Under the pieces are notes generated by a model. The model was not told the DNA's origin and did no database searches. It was given only the letters and a program-made list of their open reading frames with translations. Source: a virus (Duplodnaviria; Heunggongvirae; Uroviricota; Caudoviricetes). Taken from it: a stretch of 16,843 nucleotides of DNA. The position numbers were made by a program, and so were the translations under genes. Of this stretch, positions 7,086 through 14,940 are shown piece after piece. The first letter of the stretch is position 1. Every line of letters starts with the position of its first letter. The DNA lies in the IMG/VR virus record IMGVR_UViG_3300046359_000179, positions 75,944-92,786 of that record; one strand, written 5' to 3'.

Positions 7086-8231
7086 TTATTTCAATTCCTT
7101 GCATTTTTGTTTATACTGTTCGACGGTCATCCCGTTTGCAGCAATGATTTTGTCGTCAGACGGATGCGATTTCATCCCGTTAAAAGTTTTGATGAGGCCC
7201 AAATCAAGCATCGCTTTTTGTCGGCCGAACGGATGATCTTTAATCTTGCAAGAAGACCAGATTTTATCAAAATCTAGATCGTCATAATCCGAACCCGGCT
7301 TAATATAGTTTTCTACATACCTGATAAAATCGCAACAGCAATCTTCTGCATTGTAAGGAACAGAGCCCGTATCCTCATAGATTTTAATCATAACTTCATC
7401 AAGCAATGCATCGCCTTTGTATTTTTTATTTGGCTTGACCAAATACTTTATGCATTCACGGGTATTGGTCCCATAATAAAATAGGCTTTCTCGAACAACA
7501 TACTCTGGGAACCAATCAGCAATATCGGCAACAACTGCAGCATATTGAAAGTGATATTGGCGCAATCCATGTTTCACGTTCCACTTAAGCATCCAGTCGC
7601 CAATTTGGCGCAACGTATGTTTTTGGGCAGTAGCGAGAAAGTCTGCAAGCTCTCGAGCAAGCTTTGGGACATATTCGGCAAGAAAGTAATCGCCGCCACG
7701 TTTATATTCGGAAGTCGGTTTTGGAAATGCGGGGAATTGGTAGCCCACTGAAGTGTAAAAAGATTTTTTATAATTTTTAACAATCTTCACCATATCTTCA
7801 ATAGTTCCTGCCGAATGCAAATCAAACAGGATAGTATTATGATAACCACTGGGCTTAATGGCATAATTAATTGCGCTGCCGCAAACCCGATGCAAGATAA
7901 ACACATACAGCCATTCTGGAAGAGAGAAATCAGAATGTTTTCCAGTCCAATTAGTTGCAACGGTTTTTCTAAATTCGTGGCAGGTTCCGTCCTTCATTTT
8001 GCCCCAGTACGGGTGCTTATTTGTCCACCCGTAAAAGACATCATTAATAATTTGGCTAAACCCGGCGTATTTTCGTTCAACCACATCATAAAGATGAACA
8101 TTCTTCATTAAGTCATCATCGATGCTCGAATTCATATAGTCCAAAGAACCCAAATTGCATTCCTTCTGCTGAACTTCGGCCATTCGATAGTATCGCAAAA
8201 ATTCGTCGTAATATTCCGTAGTCTCAATCAT
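7086..8231 (-). CDS. aGPT-Pplase / 5-hmdU DNA kinase-like helical-superfamily protein, paralog 1
   Basis: IADWFPEYVVRESLFYYGTN and NAEDCCCDFIRY align with the matching motifs in 6053-7027. Confidence 0.55.
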   Translation of the reverse strand: MIETTEYYDEFLRYYRMAEVQQKECNLGSLDYMNSSIDDDLMKNVHLYDVVERKYAGFSQIINDVFYGWTNKHPYWGKMKDGTCHEFRKTVATNWTGKHSDFSLPEWLYVFILHRVCGSAINYAIKPSGYHNTILFDLHSAGTIEDMVKIVKNYKKSFYTSVGYQFPAFPKPTSEYKRGGDYFLAEYVPKLARELADFLATAQKHTLRQIGDWMLKWNVKHGLRQYHFQYAAVVADIADWFPEYVVRESLFYYGTNTRECIKYLVKPNKKYKGDALLDEVMIKIYEDTGSVPYNAEDCCCDFIRYVENYIKPGSDYDDLDFDKIWSSCKIKDHPFGRQKAMLDLGLIKTFNGMKSHPSDDKIIAANGMTVEQYKQKCKELK

Positions 8232-8524
8232 TTAGCTTCCCTAGGTTGATAATAAATTTTCGCTTGTAAACCTGGCATTTGTTCATTTGTGCTCTTAAAA
8301 GAGAATAATTTCTCTCCGCTAAAATCTTCAGCGCTGTGCAAAACAAAAAAGATAACTCTCCCGGTTTTAATAGAACGTATTCCAAATCCTGCAGTAAAAT
8401 CATCTGAAGCCAGTTGTCTTAGACAGCCCGGTACATCGAAATAATCTGCAGAAAACGTTTGTGTTTCTGAATTATACGTAAACAGATTTGAGGGGTAAAT
8501 TTCGCCAACAAGTTTAAAGGTCAT
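8228..8524 (-). CDS. Hypothetical protein
   Basis: 98-aa ORF with ATGA overlaps at both ends. Confidence 0.7.
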   Translation of the reverse strand: MTFKLVGEIYPSNLFTYNSETQTFSADYFDVPGCLRQLASDDFTAGFGIRSIKTGRVIFFVLHSAEDFSGEKLFSFKSTNEQMPGLQAKIYYQPREAK

Positions 8525-8949
8525 AGAACGTTTAGCGTTTTAGCGTTAATGATATTCCCCGCATTCGGAAACCAAAGTTTTCCTGTTTCTGCTTCTTGCG
8601 GCAAACAGCCATGCTTTTCAACATAATCTTGCTCTGCTTCCGTGGAAACAATTCGAATGTTCTTAGCAGAGGTACACTGAATAATGTAAACCGACTGCGT
8701 CTTAATTGTCAGGGTTTTTAAATTAGGGTACAAGAGCTTTACGCGTTCATAAATGCTGCGCTCTTCTACGATGTTTAGCCATCGCTCGGGATAGGAGAAA
8801 TATAGCGAAGTTGTTTTTTCATCAACTCGTTCATGATCAAATAAGTTCTCTAGATGAGTTTTGCCCATATGCAGTTCATATTCGAGGCTCTCGCAGCGCA
8901 TATGTGGGCGACGGTGGACATAGACTAAAATTTCAAAAGGGTAATTCAT
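8521..8949 (-). CDS. Hypothetical protein
   Basis: 142-aa ORF with ATGA overlaps at both ends. Confidence 0.7.
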   Translation of the reverse strand: MNYPFEILVYVHRRPHMRCESLEYELHMGKTHLENLFDHERVDEKTTSLYFSYPERWLNIVEERSIYERVKLLYPNLKTLTIKTQSVYIIQCTSAKNIRIVSTEAEQDYVEKHGCLPQEAETGKLWFPNAGNIINAKTLNVL

Positions 8950-9200
8950 TTTTTAAAGTAAAAAGCTAGTGTAAGCCAAACAGTGTATGCTACGGCAATA
9001 GCAACATTAGTCCACATGCTAAACGTTTGCTTAAGCATGTGGAACATATAAATCCCCCAGTACCCCCAAAGAGTAAAGAAGAAAATCATTCCAATGCTTA
9101 CGCCCTTGAGCTGGCGGTCTTTTAGCAGCATGCGAATGTTATCAAGCAAGAAAATAACTGCTCCGATTTGGAACAAAGAAGTGATAAGGTCGAGTGGCAC
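8946..9200 (-). CDS. Three-TM SemiSWEET/PQ-loop-like membrane protein
   Basis: Three hydrophobic helices with the pattern I-x4-K-x4-KGVS...W-x2-W-x2-Y...N...L-x3-FKK; the PQ dipeptide itself is absent. Start reassigned to GTG 9200 because SD AGGAG (9211-9207) is 6 nt upstream. Confidence 0.55.
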   Translation of the reverse strand: MPLDLITSLFQIGAVIFLLDNIRMLLKDRQLKGVSIGMIFFFTLWGYWGIYMFHMLKQTFSMWTNVAIAVAYTVWLTLAFYFKK

Positions 9201-9230
9201 AAAAATCTCCTGTTTTAACCGTCCAAGCAG

Positions 9231-9259
9231 ATTGTACACCGTAAACGGGAGATTTTGAA
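9231..9259 (-). promoter_or_regulatory. Sigma70-like promoter candidate for the leftward operon
   Basis: TTCAAA (9259-9254), 17-nt spacer, TACAAT (9236-9231), just downstream of the terminase stop. Confidence 0.35.
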
Positions 9260-9263
9260 AATT

Positions 9264-11255
9264 TTAAACTAGACCAAAGGGAACGGGTTCGCCTCCGAAC
9301 TGGTCCCCGTCTAAAGATGTATCAAGGTCAGAGTCTGCAGCGACATTCTCATACACTAGTTTCTGCGCAATTTCGCTTTCACCAGAAAGATATTTTAGCA
9401 GCTTAATAACAAGTAGGGTTGCTGAAATAGTGTCGTCTGTTGCTCCTTTTTTCGCAGCATAGGACCCACCAGCAGCAATATAATTTTGAAGTTCAAAATG
9501 CAAAACATCAGAATTGATGATCAACCCGTTATTAATTCGCTCAATCAAGTTCTTCATTTGCATACACGCTAGCAGTTTTGAAGAGCCCGTAGTATAGCAC
9601 CCGAACTTTCCATTATTCTCATTATACAAATTGACGCCGTCAATATCAACGCCTTCTCCATCATCATTTTGCAACATTGCAACTAAAGCTTCGCCAATAC
9701 CATTCCGTTCAAAAGTCCAAAGAACTTCTGCTGAATTACGATTGGCATCAGAAGCCCTAAGGTGTTTAAGAAGCCATTTAATTTTGGCATAAATTAATGG
9801 GATATTAACAGTGTTTAAGCGAAGTTCGGCGACCTGTTCCAATGACGGAAACTCGAACACTTCTATAGCAGTGAAATCGCTTCCTGTGCCAGTAGCAGGA
9901 TCGACACCGACTAAGTACATTCGGTTGGGGCCTGAAACTTCTTTCCAAAATTTAAAGCCCATATTTTCAAATAGTGGCGGTTTTGTTTGTAAGGAATGAA
10001 GTTTGCGGGTATCTACTAGCAACGCATCTGAAGAAAGGAATTCGCAGTCTACTTCTTGGCGAACTTTAACTGGGCCCAATTTGCCTTTCATTTCGTCATA
10101 GTATTTTTGGTCACGTTCTGGATGTTCATGCCAAAGAGCTTTTACGGGGAAAAATGAATTTTGGCCAGAATTGGCACCGCGCCATATAGTTGCAAATAGG
10201 TCACTATCTCCGTTGGGAGTACTAGTCAGAATAAATTTGCCACCTGTGGACAATGAAGGCGCAATAGAAGCCCACATTTCTTCTTGAATTCTTCGATTTA
10301 AGAAGGCAATTTCATCGATAAAAAGGCAGTTATGACTTATGACGGAATTAGTAATATAAGAATGGACATCTTCAACCTGAACCAAATCATAGACCGTTTG
10401 GCTTTCGCAGTGTGGCAGTAGACTCAGAACTTTTAAATTCCGGTCAATAATATCGCCAGTCAATAATTCGCTAGCGGGCCTAAATTCACCGTTGGCAAAT
10501 ATCTTGTGATCTGGTGTGCAAATTAGATTAGACCTATCACTAAACTCCAGTTTCAAAGTTTTGGAGTTTTTAGTTTCTAGTAATCCGGTAAAGTCTTTAA
10601 ATCCTGAACCAGTTAAAACCTGAAAGCCCGCTATTTCGTAAAATCCTTTTCGTGGAAGTTCTGATAAGTAGTCTACAAGACTAAGGATACGTTCAATCGG
10701 AATAACTTGTATTTCACCAGTTTCTTTATTCCTAATGGTTATTTTTGTAGACCCGTCTACGCATGACGGCGAACCACCTCGACCTGTCTTTTCGCTAGTT
10801 GCTTCAGATTTTATTTTTGATCCATTGTCAAATTCTATACTCGTCCTAGAATAATACCGACATCCCGGTTTCAACCAAGCGGGCAATTCTTCATATGCGA
10901 ATTTTATGCGTGACATAATCTCTGTTGCGTGGTTCATTGCTTTAGATGCAATAACTGCAAGTTTGTCATCTGCAAAGCATGTTAACCAAAGGATGTACAT
11001 TGCGACGACAGTTGTTTTTCCCAATTGTCTGCTGGCAAGCACCACCGTGTCCTTTTTCTCATGTATGGCCGCTAACATCCGTTTTTGGTATTCATACAGT
11101 TCCATTGGCAATATTCCCTTTGTAGGGTGCTGGACTTTTACGAACTTCTCGATGAAATACACCGGATCGCTTTTACACCTTATGAGGTCTTGAATTGATT
11201 CTGGGGTATACTCAGTTTGAGCATACGCCTTTTTGATTGATAGATTGGTTGCCAT
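9264..11255 (-). CDS. 17: Large terminase subunit (T4 gp17-like) containing an intein
   Basis: Walker A ASRQLGKTT, Walker B LFIDEIAF, coupling motif LTSTPNG, nuclease motifs GVDPATG, FERNGIG and DDTISA. 663-aa precursor, 518 aa after splicing. Confidence 0.95.
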   Translation of the reverse strand: MATNLSIKKAYAQTEYTPESIQDLIRCKSDPVYFIEKFVKVQHPTKGILPMELYEYQKRMLAAIHEKKDTVVLASRQLGKTTVVAMYILWLTCFADDKLAVIASKAMNHATEIMSRIKFAYEELPAWLKPGCRYYSRTSIEFDNGSKIKSEATSEKTGRGGSPSCVDGSTKITIRNKETGEIQVIPIERILSLVDYLSELPRKGFYEIAGFQVLTGSGFKDFTGLLETKNSKTLKLEFSDRSNLICTPDHKIFANGEFRPASELLTGDIIDRNLKVLSLLPHCESQTVYDLVQVEDVHSYITNSVISHNCLFIDEIAFLNRRIQEEMWASIAPSLSTGGKFILTSTPNGDSDLFATIWRGANSGQNSFFPVKALWHEHPERDQKYYDEMKGKLGPVKVRQEVDCEFLSSDALLVDTRKLHSLQTKPPLFENMGFKFWKEVSGPNRMYLVGVDPATGTGSDFTAIEVFEFPSLEQVAELRLNTVNIPLIYAKIKWLLKHLRASDANRNSAEVLWTFERNGIGEALVAMLQNDDGEGVDIDGVNLYNENNGKFGCYTTGSSKLLACMQMKNLIERINNGLIINSDVLHFELQNYIAAGGSYAAKKGATDDTISATLLVIKLLKYLSGESEIAQKLVYENVAADSDLDTSLDGDQFGGEPVPFGLV
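10329..10763 (-). mobile_element. Mini-intein (145 aa, no homing endonuclease) in terminase
   Basis: Block A CVDGSTKI (Cys165), block B LICTPDHKIF, block F VYDLVQVEDVHSY, block G SHN followed by Cys+1. Excision rejoins GRGGSPS to CLFIDE. Confidence 0.92.
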
Positions 11256-11283
11256 AATTTTCCATATTTAAAATATAACAAAG

Positions 11284-11291
11284 TATTTATC
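11284..11291 (-). promoter_or_regulatory. Near-consensus late promoter for terminase (GATAAATA)
   Basis: 7/8 match to TATAAATA, 28 nt upstream of the terminase ATG. Confidence 0.45.
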
Positions 11292-11295
11292 AACT

Positions 11296-11332
11296 ACCTA
11301 ACAGCTAAAGGCTGTTAAGGTTGCTGTTAGGT
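11296..11332. repeat. Inverted repeat with an alternative internal arm between divergent promoters
   Basis: ACCTAACAGC (11296-11305) / GCTGTTAGGT (11323-11332) is a perfect 10-bp pair; a third arm GCTGTTAAGG lies at 11311-11320. Confidence 0.55.
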
Positions 11333-11348
11333 TTTCTTGCTTATAATT

Positions 11349-11356
11349 TATAAATA
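11349..11356 (+). promoter_or_regulatory. T4-type late promoter TATAAATA upstream of the LRR array
   Basis: Exact consensus 42 nt before the ATG at 11399; a TATAAT hexamer (11342-11347) lies just upstream. Confidence 0.65.
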
Positions 11357-11398
11357 AGGAAATGCAATAATTTACTGACGCTTGCCACGGGGAATAAA

Positions 11399-12043
11399 AT
11401 GAAATTAAAACAATTATTTGAATCTACATCTAAACAAGAAGTTGAAACAGTCTTAAACAGGTACGGGATTGAGAACTACACCATCAATGATGACTTGTCC
11501 GTGGATGTCGATGGAGATGTTGATCTAAGTGAAAATAAGTTGAGTTCGATTCCTGTCAATTTTGGGAAGATCAGTGGAATTTTTGACTGCTCTAACAACC
11601 TGCTAACCTCTTTACAAGGAGCACCAAGAGAAATAGGCGGGTATTTCGGTTGCTCTGGTAACCAATTAGCCTCCTTACAAGGAGCACCAAGAGAAGTCGG
11701 TGGGGGCTTTAAATGCTCTGATAACAAATTAGCTTCTTTGCAGGGTGCGCCAAAAGAAGTAGGCGGGCATTTTTGGTGCTATCATAACCAATTAACCTCT
11801 TTGCAAGGCGGGCCAAGAGAAGTTAATGAGGGTTTTGATTGCTGTTATAACAAACTGACATCTTTACTGGGCGCGCCTAGGGTAGTAGGCTGGCATTTCA
11901 ATTGCTTTAAAAACCGATTAACCTCTTTGCAAGGTGCACCTAGAGAAGTAGGCGGGGAGTTTAATTGCCGTTTTAATCCAAAATTGACCTCACTTGACGG
12001 AATTGGCAATGTTGCCGGACAAATTAAAAGCGACCTATCATGA
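11399..12043 (+). CDS. Variable LRR protein 1 (7 FxC units)
   Basis: MKLKQLFES N-cap, 21-aa repeats LTSLQGAPREVGGxFxCxxNx, C-cap LTSLDGIGNVAGxIxSD. Confidence 0.9.
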   Translation: MKLKQLFESTSKQEVETVLNRYGIENYTINDDLSVDVDGDVDLSENKLSSIPVNFGKISGIFDCSNNLLTSLQGAPREIGGYFGCSGNQLASLQGAPREVGGGFKCSDNKLASLQGAPKEVGGHFWCYHNQLTSLQGGPREVNEGFDCCYNKLTSLLGAPRVVGWHFNCFKNRLTSLQGAPREVGGEFNCRFNPKLTSLDGIGNVAGQIKSDLS

Positions 12044-12693
12044 AATTAAAACAATTATTCGGATTCTCGTTTTCGACCTCAAAAGAAAAAGTTGAAAACG
12101 TTCTTAAGAAATACAAAATCACAAACTATACAATCAATGACGATCTGTCTGTTGATGTGGATGAGGATATAGATTTTCGTGGTTCAAATTTAAAAAGATT
12201 TCCAATCAAATTTGGCAAAATAAAGGGAAATTTTAATTGTTCTAACACCCAGTTGGAAACGCTTAAAGATGGCCCGAATGAAGTCAGCGAAAACTTTTAC
12301 TGTCACAATAACCAATTAGTATCTTTGGAAGGTGCGCCAAAAGAAGTGGGCGGGAGTTTTTGGTGCATGAAGAACGAATTGATTTCTTTGAACGGTTCAC
12401 CAAGGGAAGTAGGCGGGGATTTCAACTGCGACTTAAACCGACTAGCATCCTTACGGGGGGCCGCGCGTGAAGTGGGTGGCGCATTTGGCTGCGAGAGTAA
12501 TGAACTGCAGACTTTGGAAGGATGCCCTCGCATTGTAGGCGGGGATTTTTATTGCTCTAAAAACAAATTAACATCTTTGCACGGCGCACCTAGAGAAATT
12601 GGCGGGGATTTTAATTGCCGTTTTAATCCAAATTTGACCTCACTTGACGGGATCGGCAATGTTGCCGGAGAAATTGAAAGCGATCTATCATGA
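12040..12693 (+). CDS. Variable LRR protein 2 (7 units, most divergent paralog)
   Basis: Same architecture; N-terminus MKLKQLFGFSF; ATGA overlap with gene 1. Confidence 0.9.
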   Translation: MKLKQLFGFSFSTSKEKVENVLKKYKITNYTINDDLSVDVDEDIDFRGSNLKRFPIKFGKIKGNFNCSNTQLETLKDGPNEVSENFYCHNNQLVSLEGAPKEVGGSFWCMKNELISLNGSPREVGGDFNCDLNRLASLRGAAREVGGAFGCESNELQTLEGCPRIVGGDFYCSKNKLTSLHGAPREIGGDFNCRFNPNLTSLDGIGNVAGEIESDLS

Positions 12694-13463
12694 AATTAAA
12701 ACAGCTGTTTGAATCAGTGTCTAAACAAGATGTGGAATCCATCTTAAAGAAATACGGGATTAAGAACTATACCATCAATGATGACATGTCAGTCGATGTT
12801 GATGGGGACGTGAAGCTAAATAATAATCACTTAAGTTCGATTCCTGTTAATTTTGGGAAAGTAAGTGGGCATTTTTGGTGTCATAAAAACCAATTAACTT
12901 CTTTACAAGGTACACCTAAAGAAGTCGGTAAGGATTTTGATTGTTCTCACAACCAATTAACTTCTTTACAAGGTGCTCCTGGGGAAGTTGGTGGCGGCTG
13001 TTTTAATTGCCACAACAACAAATTGACCTCTTTACAAGGTGCACCTAGAGAAATTGGTGGAAGTTTTTGGTGCGCTGATAACAAATTAACTTCTTTACAA
13101 GGCGGGCCAAGAGAAGTCGATGGGAGTTTTTCGTGCGCTAGTAACCAATTGTCCTCTTTACAAGGCGCTCCAAGAGAAGTTGGTGGGCATTTTTATTGCT
13201 CTAAAAACAAATTGACCTCTTTACAAGGTGCTCCTAGAGAAGTTGATGGGCATTTTTATTGCTCTAACAACCAATTAACTTCTTTGCAAGGTGCTTCAAG
13301 AGAAGTTGGCGGAGGGTTTTGGTGCCATAATAACCAATTAACTTCTCTACAAGGCGCACCTAAGGAAGTCGGTGGGGATTTTAATTGCTCTAACAATCCG
13401 AATTTGGCATCACTTGACGGAATCGGCAATGTTGCCGGGCACATTTTTAGCAATCTATCATGA
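12690..13463 (+). CDS. Variable LRR protein 3 (9 units)
   Basis: Same architecture; one repeat has a single-residue insertion (GGGCFNC). Confidence 0.9.
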   Translation: MKLKQLFESVSKQDVESILKKYGIKNYTINDDMSVDVDGDVKLNNNHLSSIPVNFGKVSGHFWCHKNQLTSLQGTPKEVGKDFDCSHNQLTSLQGAPGEVGGGCFNCHNNKLTSLQGAPREIGGSFWCADNKLTSLQGGPREVDGSFSCASNQLSSLQGAPREVGGHFYCSKNKLTSLQGAPREVDGHFYCSNNQLTSLQGASREVGGGFWCHNNQLTSLQGAPKEVGGDFNCSNNPNLASLDGIGNVAGHIFSNLS

Positions 13464-14167
13464 AATTAAGGCAATTATTCGAATCTACATCTAAGCAAGA
13501 TGTAGAATCCATCTTAAACAAATATAAAATAGCAAACTACGCTATCAATGATGACTTATCAGTAGATGTCGATGGAGATGTGGATCTGAGTAATAAGAAG
13601 TTAAGTTCGATTCCTGTTAATTTTGGGAAAGTAAGCGGAATTTTTGACTGCTCTAACAACCTGCTAACCTCTTTACAAGGCGCACCTAGGGAAGTTGGTG
13701 GTGATTTTAATTGCTCTTATAGCCAGTTAACTTCCTTACAGGGTGCTCCTACCATAGCCTATGGTAATTTTATTTGCTCTGCCAACCAATTAACATCTTT
13801 GGAAAGGGCACCTAGGGAAGTAGGTGGGGATTTTATTTGCTCTAATAACCGTTTGATTTCTTTAAAGGGTGCACCTAGAGAAGTTGGAGGGCATTTCAGT
13901 TGCGCGCGTGCCAAACTGACATCTTTAGAAGGTGCACCTAGAAAAGTAGGTGGGAATTTTTGGTGTGTTAGCAACCAATTGCCCTCTTTACAAGGCGGGC
14001 CTAAAGAAGTTGGTGGGGATTTTAACTGTAATAGTAACAAATTGACCTCTTTACAAGGCGCACCAAGAGAAGTTGGTGGGAGTTTTTGGTGCCGCAACAA
14101 TCCGAATTTGACCTCACTTAACGGAATCAGTAATGTTGGCGGAGACGTTTTTAGCGACATAAAATGA
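13460..14167 (+). CDS. Variable LRR protein 4 (8 units)
   Basis: Same architecture; ATGA overlaps. Confidence 0.9.
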   Translation: MKLRQLFESTSKQDVESILNKYKIANYAINDDLSVDVDGDVDLSNKKLSSIPVNFGKVSGIFDCSNNLLTSLQGAPREVGGDFNCSYSQLTSLQGAPTIAYGNFICSANQLTSLERAPREVGGDFICSNNRLISLKGAPREVGGHFSCARAKLTSLEGAPRKVGGNFWCVSNQLPSLQGGPKEVGGDFNCNSNKLTSLQGAPREVGGSFWCRNNPNLTSLNGISNVGGDVFSDIK

Positions 14168-14940
14168 AATTAAAACAATTATTTGAATCAGTTGCAGTCC
14201 CTAAACAAAAAGTTGAATCCATCCTTAAAAAATACAGGATCGAGAATTACGCCATTAATGATGACTTGTCAGTAGATGTCGATGGAGATGTGGATCTAAG
14301 CTACAAGAAGTTAAGTTCGATTCCTGTCAATTTTGGGAAGGTTAGTGGCAGTTTTTATTGCTCTGACAACAAATTGACTTCTTTAGAAGGTGCACCGAGA
14401 GAAGTCAGTGGGGATTTTGATTGCACTCATAACCAATTAACTTCTTTACAAGGTTCACCTAGAGAAGTAGGCGGGCATTTTTACTGCTATCATAACCAAT
14501 TAACTTCTTTACAGGGTTCACCTAGGGAAGTCAGCGGACATTTTTGGTGCTATAGCAACCAATTAACCTCTTTGCAAGAAGGTCCTAGAGAAGTCGGAGG
14601 GAATTTTAATTGCTCTGATAACGAATTGGTAACCATGCAAGGTTCACCTAGGGAAGTAGGCGGGCATTTTAACTGCTCTACCAACAAATTGACTTCTTTA
14701 CAAGGTGCACCTAAAGAAGTAGGTGGGGATTTTAGGTGCTCTGGCAACCAATTAACATCTTTGGAAAGGGCGCCTAGAGAAGTTGGTAAGGATTTTATTT
14801 GCTCTGATAACAAATTAACTTCTTTACAAGGCGCACCTAGAGAAGTTGGTGGGCATTTTTTTTGCTACAACAACGTAAATTTAAAATCACTTGACGGAAT
14901 CGGTAATGTAGCCGGAGAAATTGAAAGCGACCTATCATGA
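14164..14940 (+). CDS. Variable LRR protein 5 (9 units)
   Basis: Same architecture; ATGA overlaps. Confidence 0.9.
   Translation: MKLKQLFESVAVPKQKVESILKKYRIENYAINDDLSVDVDGDVDLSYKKLSSIPVNFGKVSGSFYCSDNKLTSLEGAPREVSGDFDCTHNQLTSLQGSPREVGGHFYCYHNQLTSLQGSPREVSGHFWCYSNQLTSLQEGPREVGGNFNCSDNELVTMQGSPREVGGHFNCSTNKLTSLQGAPKEVGGDFRCSGNQLTSLERAPREVGKDFICSDNKLTSLQGAPREVGGHFFCYNNVNLKSLDGIGNVAGEIESDLS

Noticed and set aside
7073-7094. Sigma70 promoters TTGAAA...TATAAT here and TTGACC...TATAAT at 1262-1242
   Set aside because: Spacers are 10 and 9 nt, far from the required 16-18 nt.
9201-9239. Track start at GTG 9239 for the membrane protein
   Set aside because: GTG 9200 has a well-spaced AGGAG, and the upstream extension overlaps a candidate -10 element.
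823-11193. Plus-strand ORFs of 61-100 aa overlapping the leftward genes, and short alternative-frame minus ORFs (1633-1836, 6022-6204, 7574-7783)
   Set aside because: They lie mostly or entirely inside well-supported genes, lack motifs and SD sequences, and conflict with tight operon packing.
11356-11370. Mini-ORF ATG-CAA-TAA after AAGGA in the array leader
   Set aside because: The SD-like sequence is only 1 nt from the ATG and would lie at or before the expected late start site, so it is probably chance.
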